Translations under genes and position numbers: made by a program
The notes under the pieces: model-generated
What the model was told of the DNA's origin: nothing
The model's database searches: none
What the model saw: the letters and a program-made list of their open reading frames with translations, nothing else
IMG/VR virus record: IMGVR_UViG_3300030107_002709
Coordinates: 1-64,000 of that record
Source: a virus
Length of the DNA stretch: 64,000 nt
Reading direction: 5' to 3' (one strand)
Shown: positions 10,889 to 19,721 of the stretch, one piece after another
Layout of the letters: each line of letters begins with the position of its first letter
How positions within the stretch are numbered: the stretch's first letter is position 1

Positions 10889-13800
10889 TTATGTCCTCGT
10901 ACATATTATAACATCAACGTACTGTACAGCCAAGTCTATAGTACCAGCAGTAAATCCAACAGAACCAGTCATAGCATTTGGGGTAAATGTTGAAGTGATA
11001 GCACGATTATCAGATATATTACTTTGAGCAAGAGATAGGTTTCCTTTTGCAAGTGATAGACCAGGCATACTATTTCCAGAAAAATCTATATTACCAGTAG
11101 CAGCAAGATTTCCTTTACCTGCATCCATAGATCCACTAATACCTGCAGTACCAGAGATGTTACCAGTACCATCTAAGTAATGTCCATGACCACTACCTCC
11201 ACCAGAACCAGCAGTTGAGACCATCACTTGAGTTGCTATAACATTTGCTCTACCATCATCGGTAGAGTTTCCTCTCCTTTGATATCTTCCTTCAATATAA
11301 TTATGTCCATGCCAAGGCATCTGAGAATTACTAATAGCATGAGATCTAGCATAAAGGTTACCTGGATATGCTTTCATGTTTCCAGCATTAATTGAGATGT
11401 TACCCATGCTTACATTAGGACTACCACTAATACCCATAGAAACACTAGCAGAACCACCAGATCCCCAGGTATGAGTTGGTGAACCATTGAGTTGCAAATC
11501 CATAGAGAGATTTCCAGAGGTATTATCAAAGCTGGATTGTACATTACCACTAATACCAAGGGTTGAAGAATCAATACTACCTCCTGTAGATTGTGCGTCA
11601 GCAAAAGCAGTAGTAAATGCTCTATTACCACCAACACCACCACCAGATCCACTCACAACTCTAAGTGCTTTATTGTTATGTGATGTAGACTTAACCCAAC
11701 CAACAGGTGCTGAAGCCTGTGCAAATAACATAGCAGTACCAGTAGGAATATCAACTCTACCTGCAGGAAGACTTATTGTTTTATCAGTTCCACCATTTCT
11801 TTGGAAAGTAAATGTACCAGCAGTAAAGAAAACATCATCAATATACCTACCATCAAGATTACAGTTTGGAGTTTGAGTACTATCACTCTTAAAAGCTTTT
11901 ATATTACCAGCACCACTATCCCATTGCAGTGAAGTAATTGCTACATCTTGAGCAGTATCAAGTTTATACCTACCATCCAAGTCAACAGTAATAGGGGTTT
12001 TTTGAGTACCATTACTACCTTCTACACCTCTGATAATAGTAAGTACACCATCACTAGTATTAAAAGTAGCAGACTGTGCATAATCTTGGTGTCTTATATA
12101 CCTATCATCAAGATCATAGGTGTAGCTATCTCCATTACTAACAGACAACATTAACTCACCGTCAGTAAAGGAGAAATTATCTACTCTAGTATCACTAGCA
12201 GTGATTGGTGCATACAATGTATCAAGATAATCATATAAAGCTTCTGTTTCAATATCTACATTAATATTATCATTCCTACCCAATCTCAATATTGGTCTTG
12301 ATATATGATATCCTGGTGGGTTACTAGTAGCAAGAGGCCATGAACCACTACTAACATAATTATTATCACCTTGACTTGTTATGTAACGTCCATCAAGATT
12401 AACTATTATAGATCCAGTTCCATCATTAGGAGTAAGAGTAAGGTTACCACTACCAGCACTCCAGTTAGCAGAAGTGATCTTAGCATCAGCAAGACCACCA
12501 GATGTAACGTACCTAGTATCAAGATACGCTTGTAGATTAGATACAGGAATATTAATATCCTGTAACGAATCAGTTCTCTCTATAGTTAATCCTCCAGTTA
12601 TAGCACTATAGTATGCGTTATCAACATAACTGTTACTATTATCAGAACTGATAGCAATGATGTTACCAGACTGAACCATTGTAGTAGATCCACTGGCTTG
12701 GAATGATATATCACCAGAAGCATATGCTCCTCCTGTAGTTCCTGGTCCAGTTATTCTCAACCGTGTGATAGTATCAGTGTCTGTATCAGTAGCAGCTATA
12801 GTAATATTACCATTAGATTCTCTAGTAACTGTTGCGTTAGCACCACCAATTATCTTTGCTTCCTTTACAGGATCTCCAAGAGCATCACCACCAGGTATCA
12901 ATCTAATAGAAGCACCACCAGAGGTAGTCTGTGTATCTAAATCATAGGTACTATCAGTATCAGTTCCTCCTCCACCACCGCTACCACCACCGCCAAGGGT
13001 TATAGTATTACCAGAACGTGCTATTGTTAAACTAGAACTAGAGTCAACAGCAATAGTTACTGAATCTTCACTTCCATCAACACCAAGAAGTTGTATCTTT
13101 TCACTGTATGAATCATTACCATCTGCTGCTGCTAAATCGTAAGTTGTATCTTGGAAACTAGAACCAAAATTTATAGTATTACCAGAACGTGTGATTGTAA
13201 TATCATTCTGCCCAACAATAGTTACATCATCAGTTATACCATCATTATCAGTCAGTCTTATCTTAGCCGTGTTTGTTGATCCACCAGCTTCACCAGTTAA
13301 ATCATATGTCTTTGGAGTAAATCCACCACTCGCAGGTAGATCTGACCAGAATATACTACTACCATCTGTCTTCAAAAATCTATTAGTCTGAGATCCAACA
13401 GCAGGAGCAAGTCCTAAGAATGCTGCTGATGCTGTGGTGTTACCAGTACCACCCTTATCAATAGGTATAGTACCACCAGCCCAAGTACCTGTAACATCAC
13501 CACTAAAGTTTCCATTCACTGCACCTATGTTACCAGTGAGTGTTAGAGCAGCAAAGGTAGGTGTAGATGTAGTTGCTATTTCCTGTGCTATAGAAAACTG
13601 TAGATCAGTAAGTGTTATACCTGTTCCAGCAGTGTATGTTGTATCAGTAGATCCTATCTGAATTGTTTGACCAGTCTGTGCTACTGTTGTAGCATCAACT
13701 CCTGTGAAAACTATATCACCAGATACTAAAGTACCGCCACTAGCTTGTAGTCTAGTAACGGTGTTATCATTAACAAATGCTGAGTCAATTATAATTTCAT

Positions 13801-14131
13801 TAACACTACGAGTAAGAGTTACATTACTACCAGCTCTGAATACTATCTGTTGCTGACCACCAACACCACTTTGTGTGAGATTAATAACCTTTTGATTTGC
13901 ATTAGGTCCATCACCAGCAGCAAGAGTTACGCTATCACTATCACCCCATATCAGTTCTGAGTTGTTCCCAGCTTTTAAAATTTGACCAGCAGTTCCTGTA
14001 GTGCCTCCATAAGCTTCTACAGGTCCACCAATCCTTAATGTTTTTCCAGCAGAAACTGTTAAACCCTCTGGGAATTCAACCGATCCAGTTCCTAACTGAT
14101 TGACTATTTGGTCAACTCTTGCTCTAGACAT
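10889..14131 (-). CDS. tail fibre protein with collar-like domain (1080 aa)
   Basis: N-terminus paralogous to the 1850-aa fibre; LDGRY repeats; GTAMLFAQASAPVGW..ALRVVSG and C-terminal LAVQYVDVIIC. Confidence 0.85.
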   Translation of the reverse strand: MSRARVDQIVNQLGTGSVEFPEGLTVSAGKTLRIGGPVEAYGGTTGTAGQILKAGNNSELIWGDSDSVTLAAGDGPNANQKVINLTQSGVGGQQQIVFRAGSNVTLTRSVNEIIIDSAFVNDNTVTRLQASGGTLVSGDIVFTGVDATTVAQTGQTIQIGSTDTTYTAGTGITLTDLQFSIAQEIATTSTPTFAALTLTGNIGAVNGNFSGDVTGTWAGGTIPIDKGGTGNTTASAAFLGLAPAVGSQTNRFLKTDGSSIFWSDLPASGGFTPKTYDLTGEAGGSTNTAKIRLTDNDGITDDVTIVGQNDITITRSGNTINFGSSFQDTTYDLAAADGNDSYSEKIQLLGVDGSEDSVTIAVDSSSSLTIARSGNTITLGGGGSGGGGGTDTDSTYDLDTQTTSGGASIRLIPGGDALGDPVKEAKIIGGANATVTRESNGNITIAATDTDTDTITRLRITGPGTTGGAYASGDISFQASGSTTMVQSGNIIAISSDNSNSYVDNAYYSAITGGLTIERTDSLQDINIPVSNLQAYLDTRYVTSGGLADAKITSANWSAGSGNLTLTPNDGTGSIIVNLDGRYITSQGDNNYVSSGSWPLATSNPPGYHISRPILRLGRNDNINVDIETEALYDYLDTLYAPITASDTRVDNFSFTDGELMLSVSNGDSYTYDLDDRYIRHQDYAQSATFNTSDGVLTIIRGVEGSNGTQKTPITVDLDGRYKLDTAQDVAITSLQWDSGAGNIKAFKSDSTQTPNCNLDGRYIDDVFFTAGTFTFQRNGGTDKTISLPAGRVDIPTGTAMLFAQASAPVGWVKSTSHNNKALRVVSGSGGGVGGNRAFTTAFADAQSTGGSIDSSTLGISGNVQSSFDNTSGNLSMDLQLNGSPTHTWGSGGSASVSMGISGSPNVSMGNISINAGNMKAYPGNLYARSHAISNSQMPWHGHNYIEGRYQRRGNSTDDGRANVIATQVMVSTAGSGGGSGHGHYLDGTGNISGTAGISGSMDAGKGNLAATGNIDFSGNSMPGLSLAKGNLSLAQSNISDNRAITSTFTPNAMTGSVGFTAGTIDLAVQYVDVIICTRT

Positions 14132-14156
14132 ACCGTAGCCATAGTACTATCTTATG

Positions 14157-14163
14157 TATTTAG
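14157..14163 (-). promoter_or_regulatory. late promoter (CTAAATA)
   Basis: Immediately after terminator, 26 nt upstream of fibre gene. Confidence 0.65.
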
Positions 14164-14168
14164 ACATT

Positions 14169-14192
14169 AAAAAACCCCCTCGAAGGGGGGTT
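14169..14192 (-). terminator. intrinsic terminator
   Basis: AACCCCCCTTCGAGGGGGTTTTTT: GC stem plus U tract just after the stop at 14198. Confidence 0.85.
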
Positions 14193-14197
14193 GTTTA

Positions 14198-14824
14198 TTA
14201 TTCACCGTCTCGATCATTAAGATCTTGTGCATGTTTATCTTTATCAATAACATCATCTAACTTATCTAAGTCTTTACCGACTCTGGTATCACCTAGACTA
14301 ACAACATTATCAGTGTAATGTATATCATTGGTAGTAAAGTCTAAGTTACCACTAAGATCAATGTCTCCTACAGTAACCCCACTTAGATTGTAATCCCATG
14401 ATGCATTGTTACATGCACTATAATCACCACCAGTGAAAGTTATGTTATCTCCCTCAGTGGTATCAATCTTAATATCAGCACCTGGTATAGTTGTAGGGAA
14501 CTGTAATATATCTGCTGGAACTTTATATCCACCAGTGTTTAGATCTATATCAGACTCTAAACTAAACTTATAACCATCAACTGTATTAACACCACCATCA
14601 GGATCTGGTATTGTAAAATTGTGTTCTGCATTTTTCCTGTAGTACTCAGTTGTGTTATCTGTACCACGAATAGGAGTAGTAACTAGCAACTCCTTAATAT
14701 TATTAAGTGTATCAACCAGTAGTGTAAGGTTCTCTTCATGCTTATTTTCTAACGAAGCAGTAAGTGCTTGACGAACCTCTCCTTCTGCAGCTTCTAGGTG
14801 CTTACGAATTTTTGAACAGGACAT
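14198..14824 (-). CDS. acidic hypothetical protein
   Basis: Start reassigned to MSCSKIRK because the upstream part of the track ORF overlaps a promoter. Confidence 0.7.
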   Translation of the reverse strand: MSCSKIRKHLEAAEGEVRQALTASLENKHEENLTLLVDTLNNIKELLVTTPIRGTDNTTEYYRKNAEHNFTIPDPDGGVNTVDGYKFSLESDIDLNTGGYKVPADILQFPTTIPGADIKIDTTEGDNITFTGGDYSACNNASWDYNLSGVTVGDIDLSGNLDFTTNDIHYTDNVVSLGDTRVGKDLDKLDDVIDKDKHAQDLNDRDGE

Positions 14825-14851
14825 AGTATAGTAGTCTTTCTTATGGTATGT

Positions 14852-14880
14852 ATTATAGCACAAGATGTTTAGTCTTGCAA
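14852..14880 (-). promoter_or_regulatory. sigma70-like promoter
   Basis: TTGCAA-17nt-TATAAT with extended TG. Confidence 0.75.
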
Positions 14881-15213
14881 CGCTTCATCCTTTGAAGCTA
14901 TTTCCTTTGCTTTCTTATTGCTGTAGTATGCGATAGCAAGTATAGAAAGATACATGAGTGTATCATCTAGCATCACAAGGAAGAAGATGATAGACCCACC
15001 TATCCTTATCCAATCAGGAACAATTTCATTTAACTTCCTATTGATTCTACGAACCAGTCTTTCAAATGCAAAGTATATTAATACCAATGCAGTGACTGTA
15101 AACTCACTGTAAGGTACAACAAAATACAATGAAAAGAATATAAAACCTGGCCAGTAATGTCTTTCAGGTATCTTATTAACTAATGTTAGGTATTTCCGTA
15201 TCAGTTTTCTCAT
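14869..15213 (-). CDS. hypothetical membrane protein
   Basis: Several hydrophobic stretches in a 114-aa ORF. Confidence 0.65.
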   Translation of the reverse strand: MRKLIRKYLTLVNKIPERHYWPGFIFFSLYFVVPYSEFTVTALVLIYFAFERLVRRINRKLNEIVPDWIRIGGSIIFFLVMLDDTLMYLSILAIAYYSNKKAKEIASKDEALQD

Positions 15214-15400
15214 CTAATATCTCAGGATATATTCTCTTATCATCAGACTCATATGGTGGTTGAATTGCAACCACAAATGTACTAAAGTCTGGTGGTTCTG
15301 TGCCCTTGATAGCAGCAGTACCAGTAGCCACCAAACCCACAGAGAGTGTTGAGGCAATCATTGCTGCTTCAGCGAACTCTAAAAGCTTGTAAATGAACAC
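15176..15400 (-). CDS. hypothetical protein with N-terminal hydrophobic segment
   Basis: Probable GTG start at 15400 (or the later ATG, MIAST), downstream of the structured RNA. Confidence 0.5.
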   Translation of the reverse strand: MFIYKLLEFAEAAMIASTLSVGLVATGTAAIKGTEPPDFSTFVVAIQPPYESDDKRIYPEILDEKTDTEIPNIS

Positions 15401-15421
15401 GGGACTGTTTAATAAAGAAGT

Positions 15422-15534
15422 GCTGAGAGAACGGGGCATCTGCAAGGTTTCACCTATATGCCCAAATTTACCTCTAGGGAATCGCTTACACCTGAACCCC
15501 CAGAAATGGGGCTAGAGAACCGTTATCCCTCAAC
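15422..15534 (-). ncRNA. candidate structured RNA (~113 nt), family unassigned
   Basis: Closing stem GTTGAGGGATAACGG/CCGTTCTCTCAGC, inner stems CTCTAG/CTAGAG, CCCCA/TGGGG, GGGCAT/ATGCCC; 5' end 7 nt after a TATACT -10 box. Confidence 0.65.
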
Positions 15535-15540
15535 AAATAT

Positions 15541-15584
15541 AGTATAACACATAGATGGGCAGTGTGTCCATCCATGTGCCACTT
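15541..15584 (-). promoter_or_regulatory. sigma70-like/early promoter with upstream AAGTGGCACA motif
   Basis: TGGACA-18nt-TATACT with extended TG; motif 28 nt upstream of the -10. Confidence 0.7.
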
Positions 15585-15769
15585 CAATAATCGTCCTCTT
15601 GCATCTCAATAAACTCTTTGTTCTGCCTACAGATACCATGTACATCAATCTCTTGATGTAAGTGAGCAGAGGTGTGAAGACCCTCTATCAGTAATAGTAC
15701 TGCTAGTAGCATCACTGGGGTGAACCATAACGGATTACCTATAACTTCACCTGCTGTTTCTTTTCTCAT
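15584..15769 (-). CDS. small hypothetical membrane protein
   Basis: Hydrophobic helix; overlaps pebS stop (ATGA). Confidence 0.6.
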   Translation of the reverse strand: MRKETAGEVIGNPLWFTPVMLLAVLLLIEGLHTSAHLHQEIDVHGICRQNKEFIEMQEDDY

Positions 15770-16392
15770 TCTGCGTAAGGGAAAAAGAACTCATCCATCA
15801 TTCTATTAGCATTCTCCTTACCAAAATTACCAGTAAGGTATCCTAATATAGGATCTAATCTCTTCATATAAGAATCAAAATCTTTATACTGTGTGGTGTC
15901 CTCACCAGTAGGTTGTGCCTTGTCTATCATCTCTCTATAGAGGGTCAGATAATACCTGAATGTTGGTACATATGTATCAACCTCATCCATGTTACAATAT
16001 CGCACAAAAATATTCTCCGAGAAGTGGTTACCCATCTCGAAGAATCTATAAGTCTTATCAGCTTTAGGTAGAGGGGGTACATTTAGTACATAGTTCTCTA
16101 CTGGATGCTGGAAATCGAATACGATGATAACTTTCTTGTGAAAGAACCCCATGAGATCCATCCCAAAGCAAGGAAGGTTGTGCCCTGTCTTAGGATACAT
16201 TACATTGTTATAGATATCAGTCTTATCACTCCTAATATCCACCTGTCTAGACTTGATAAAATGTGGTGCAGTATAATTATCTGCCGTCATGTTCAGATCA
16301 TCTTTATTGCACCAGTTACACCACCGAGATTCAAACTTGAACTCAGGGAATATATCATCCAGCGTTTTCTTGTAGTTCTTCCACAGATTCAT
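15766..16392 (-). CDS. pebS: phycoerythrobilin synthase (ferredoxin-dependent bilin reductase)
   Basis: YPKTG.NLPCFGMDLM.F..KKVIIVFDFQHP, YRFFEMGNHFS.NIFVRYC and LDP motifs closely resemble cyanophage PebS; start set at MNLWKNY. Confidence 0.92.
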   Translation of the reverse strand: MNLWKNYKKTLDDIFPEFKFESRWCNWCNKDDLNMTADNYTAPHFIKSRQVDIRSDKTDIYNNVMYPKTGHNLPCFGMDLMGFFHKKVIIVFDFQHPVENYVLNVPPLPKADKTYRFFEMGNHFSENIFVRYCNMDEVDTYVPTFRYYLTLYREMIDKAQPTGEDTTQYKDFDSYMKRLDPILGYLTGNFGKENANRMMDEFFFPYAE

Positions 16393-16561
16393 TATATTTA
16401 TCCCAAGGATGTATGTACTCAGAGCTACCAACAGCAGACTGAGGTACGGCTGCAATCACACGACCACTAGGTAGTCTGATTAGAAACTGTTCTCCTTCTT
16501 CAATTTTTGTTAAGTAACTATCGTAATCTTTTTCAAATTCTGCATGTGTAATTTCAATCAT
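16355..16561 (-). CDS. Phd/YefM-like small protein
   Basis: EITHAEFEKDYDSYLTKIEEGEQFLI...VIAAVP resembles the Phd/YefM N-terminal pattern. Confidence 0.5.
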   Translation of the reverse strand: MIEITHAEFEKDYDSYLTKIEEGEQFLIRLPSGRVIAAVPQSAVGSSEYIHPWDKYNESVEELQENAG

Positions 16562-16815
16562 ACTAAGCAGCAAATCTCATTGTTTTTCATGTATGTAATA
16601 GAGTCTTTACATCCACCAAGATGTACTCTTTCCTCATTTTTATCTAACTGTACTTGTGGGAAGGTAGCACCTTCTCCAAAGGTTTTATAGAATTGTTCTG
16701 ATGTAAAGTCAGTGTCTAACTCATACACAACATGTTCTAAGTTTGAAAGCTCACATACTGCCTTAAATTTCTGACAGTATGAGCATCCAGGCTTTGAATA
16801 TATGGTAAAGATCAT
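16558..16815 (-). CDS. nrdC: glutaredoxin
   Basis: IYSKPGCSYC (CxxC), TFPQV, LGGC motifs. Confidence 0.9.
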   Translation of the reverse strand: MIFTIYSKPGCSYCQKFKAVCELSNLEHVVYELDTDFTSEQFYKTFGEGATFPQVQLDKNEERVHLGGCKDSITYMKNNEICCLV

Positions 16816-16831
16816 TCCTAGTTGGTCTTTA

Positions 16832-17503
16832 TTACGGACTATTTAGGATAGCTTGACCCTCAATAGAGGCAGCATAATCCTTATCAAAGATATCTAACCC
16901 CTTATCTGTAAGGATATGATTGTACATTCCTTCAAAGACTTTGACTGGTATAGTACAGATGTGAGCACCATATTCAAATGCTCTACCTACATCTCTCACA
17001 CCTCTAATAGATGCGGCTAATATTTGTGTAGAATCCCATGATTGCTTCTCAAATACGTTAGCAATGTCTTTAATAAGACACAATCCACCGAAGGAATTAT
17101 CATCCACACGACCCACAAACGGTGAAACGTATGCAGCACCTGCTTTAGCAGCAAGAATTGCCTGTGATGGTGAGAATATAAGGGTAACATTGACTCTTAT
17201 ATTATTCTCAGCAAGTTCCTTACAAGCCATCAATCCATCTGGTGTACAAGGTACTTTAATGGTAGCACATTTAGGGAATTTCTTCGCTAATCTCTTACCT
17301 TCAGAGACCATGTTCTCTTTGCTACCAATGACTTCCATACTGATGTCGGTAAGACCAATCTCTTTGATCTCTTGGTAGACTTCTTCGTGGTTTCTACCAC
17401 TCTTTCTGATCAATGATGGGTTAGTAGTTAAACCATCAATTAAACCAGTCTTAAAATGTTTACGGACTTCATCCGTTATCGCTGTATCTAAAAATAATTT
17501 CAT
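16832..17503 (-). CDS. talC: transaldolase (TalC/FSA family)
   Basis: LFLDTA, GLTTNPSL, TIKVP, NVTLIFS, YVSPFVGRVDD, ILAASIR. Confidence 0.95.
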   Translation of the reverse strand: MKLFLDTAITDEVRKHFKTGLIDGLTTNPSLIRKSGRNHEEVYQEIKEIGLTDISMEVIGSKENMVSEGKRLAKKFPKCATIKVPCTPDGLMACKELAENNIRVNVTLIFSPSQAILAAKAGAAYVSPFVGRVDDNSFGGLCLIKDIANVFEKQSWDSTQILAASIRGVRDVGRAFEYGAHICTIPVKVFEGMYNHILTDKGLDIFDKDYAASIEGQAILNSP

Positions 17504-17509
17504 TGTAAT

Positions 17510-17809
17510 TTAATCTCTTTGTCTCCAGTCATCAGACCTCTCGTTATGGAACCATTCTACCACATCTTCGGGAGATCCGAAACCCCTTACGTGATGAGTT
17601 GAATCGGGGTCTCCTATGTTCAACTCATTCAGAAAAGAATCAGTAGGGTCAGTACTGATTCTTCTAGCAGTGTTTAACATACCTCTTGCTGCGGTGTTTG
17701 CTTTTGCTAATTTCTCTGCCCAGATCATATCTTCTAGACTAACTTCAACTCCAGCACCTATGTCCTTACATATTGCTGTTAACCTCAATCGGTATTGTGT
17801 TGATAGCAT
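17510..17809 (-). CDS. conserved cyanophage hypothetical protein
   Basis: MLSTQYRLRL...SDDWRQRD; TTAAATA late-like box at 17832-17838. Confidence 0.7.
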   Translation of the reverse strand: MLSTQYRLRLTAICKDIGAGVEVSLEDMIWAEKLAKANTAARGMLNTARRISTDPTDSFLNELNIGDPDSTHHVRGFGSPEDVVEWFHNERSDDWRQRD

Positions 17810-17834
17810 AAGGTATCCTTAGTAGTTACTGTAT

Positions 17835-18041
17835 TTAACCGTTTAAAGCTTCCATTCGTAGGAATTGTTCATTCAGATTATAGTACAATTTATAGTTAGT
17901 TGTGGTCACATAGTACCCAACTATGTCGTTTCCATCACAATGGTATCCGTAACCCTTAAGGGTCTCATTAACACCATCAATTCTGAAGGTTTTACCTCCA
18001 TTTTCTAGATAGTTATGGAACTTTTCATCAAGGTTAATCAT
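17835..18041 (-). CDS. hypothetical protein
   Basis: 68-aa ORF translationally coupled to the upstream gene. Confidence 0.65.
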   Translation of the reverse strand: MINLDEKFHNYLENGGKTFRIDGVNETLKGYGYHCDGNDIVGYYVTTTNYKLYYNLNEQFLRMEALNG

Positions 18042-18604
18042 GACTTTACAAACTGGTTGTGTGTGGGGGTATTCATACTAGCCTGCTTCATAAAATTAGC
18101 AGCAGCACATGTTCTTTTACCAATAGTAATAGGAACTGAATGTTCAGTAATAGATGGAAACATTACTAATAAACCTTCATGTACTGGTATCTCTAACTTG
18201 TCTTCAATAATTAATGGAGCAGCATCGTTATTAATATCTATGTAATAAACACATGAGAAATCTGATGGAAAATGATCGTGTTTCTCTGTCTTATCACCTT
18301 TTTCATATTGAGCTACCCAAAAATTATAAGTAATATAATTTACTGGTTTTTGATAGTAATTCTGAGAGAAAGAACTACAAGCAGTCTCCATTATCCCTAT
18401 CAATTCATCAAAAACAGATGTTTTTTTATGAGTAAGCCAGTCACTTCTCCAAGCTTTAACATTGGTCTTGGTTCCTTCAGGATTATCTTTTCTCCATTGT
18501 AAAACCTCTCTCAATAACTTAGAATTTAATTCCTTATAACCATCTAGGACAGTTGTAAAAATAGGAATATCTTTTTGTACATACTGTAGGGAAACTTGAG
18601 GCAT
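18038..18604 (-). CDS. 2OG-Fe(II) oxygenase-like protein
   Basis: W..QY..GD...HDH...SCVYY, GLLVMFPS...HSV, R..AA.N double-stranded beta-helix motifs. Confidence 0.8.
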   Translation of the reverse strand: MPQVSLQYVQKDIPIFTTVLDGYKELNSKLLREVLQWRKDNPEGTKTNVKAWRSDWLTHKKTSVFDELIGIMETACSSFSQNYYQKPVNYITYNFWVAQYEKGDKTEKHDHFPSDFSCVYYIDINNDAAPLIIEDKLEIPVHEGLLVMFPSITEHSVPITIGKRTCAAANFMKQASMNTPTHNQFVKS

Positions 18605-19269
18605 TAATCGTATCTACCACCCTTCTGTCTAGTATAGAAATCTTTCTTCTCACCGTAAGTATCATCTCGTAGTTTTTTAAATCCTTTACTCTTGAATCTT
18701 TCCTCTGGTAGCTGCCCTGATGGAGGCGGCTGATATATATCAATTGCTTTCTTAATAAAATTACCAGAAGCAGCCATCCTTCTACCTTTATTTGCTGGTA
18801 CTTTATGATCTAAATGAGCAGGAAATATAACTAACAAACCATTCTCAGGTTGTATTGTCTCACCCTCAATAATTAAAGGTGAACATCCTTCTTCACAATC
18901 AACATAATACACACAAGAGAACTCAGAAGGAAAATGATTATGTTCCATAGTCTCATCCCCATCATCATAGTCCATCACCCAAAAATTAAAGGTCTCAAAC
19001 TTAGCGTCAGGTTCATTGTAATAAGCATCAGCAACATAATCAACAGCAGACACCATTATTTTTACTAAAGGATCAAATACTTTTGTTATCTTATGGGTGA
19101 ACCAATGACTTCTCCAAGCTCTAACATTACTCTCAATCCCTTGAGGATTTTGCTTTCGCATTTCAAGTATATGCTTCTTTACATGATAATTAATTGATTG
19201 ATAATCATCAATTATGGTAGTAAATATTGGAGTCTTTTTCTCTACAAATCGTGCGTCAATTTTAGGCAT
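18604..19269 (-). CDS. 2OG-Fe(II) oxygenase-like protein (tandem paralog)
   Basis: HNH...SCVYY, PENGLLVIFPAHLDHKV, RMAASGN. Confidence 0.8.
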   Translation of the reverse strand: MPKIDARFVEKKTPIFTTIIDDYQSINYHVKKHILEMRKQNPQGIESNVRAWRSHWFTHKITKVFDPLVKIMVSAVDYVADAYYNEPDAKFETFNFWVMDYDDGDETMEHNHFPSEFSCVYYVDCEEGCSPLIIEGETIQPENGLLVIFPAHLDHKVPANKGRRMAASGNFIKKAIDIYQPPPSGQLPEERFKSKGFKKLRDDTYGEKKDFYTRQKGGRYD

Positions 19270-19693
19270 AATCTTTTCTGTAGTACCGTCCTAGTATGTT
19301 ACTATTGTAGTATGCTGGTGTCCCATCATCCAAGGTCTCTTGCAAGACATTATTAAGAAACAATTGTTTAGTTTCCTCATAATTTACCTTTCCTTTTGTT
19401 GGATGTGTTGAAAGGATTTGTCTCTTGAATGCTGAGTTCCCAAGTAGTTTTCTATCTGCTTTAAGTTCGTCAGAGCTTCCGTAGTATTTTTTCCAGTCAC
19501 TCTCAGACGTAACCCTTCTCTTACCACCTCTAGGTTTACGCTTTGACCAGAAATATTTTCTTCCGATGTATTGCCTACCCGATTGCAAATTAGTAATCCT
19601 GTAGACAAAACCGAACTGGTCGCCAATACTGTCAGTAAGGAAAGGTTCACCCTCATATAACCAGGGGTTTTCATAAACTCCCTCTTCAGCCAT
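19262..19693 (-). CDS. GIY-YIG nuclease-like protein
   Basis: GFVYRITN....RQYIGRK, later E and YYN; late promoter ATAAATA at 19719-19725. Confidence 0.7.
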   Translation of the reverse strand: MAEEGVYENPWLYEGEPFLTDSIGDQFGFVYRITNLQSGRQYIGRKYFWSKRKPRGGKRRVTSESDWKKYYGSSDELKADRKLLGNSAFKRQILSTHPTKGKVNYEETKQLFLNNVLQETLDDGTPAYYNSNILGRYYRKDYA

Positions 19694-19721
19694 TTCATAA
19701 TTTTTATATCTCTAGCCATAT

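Noticed and set aside
986-13661. Many + strand ORFs of 60-150 aa opposite the tail-fibre genes
   Set aside because: Antisense shadows of Gly/Thr/Ser codon bias; no RBS, promoter or recognisable motif
15401-15445. N-terminal extension of the 89-aa ORF (MQMPRSLS...)
   Set aside because: TTG start lies inside the predicted RNA structure; a downstream GTG or ATG is more plausible
15422-15534. Identification of the structured RNA as tRNA, SRP RNA or hammerhead
   Set aside because: No TTCRA T-loop or cloverleaf, TCAGG is not followed by the SRP GNRA/AGCAG geometry, and no CTGANGA core
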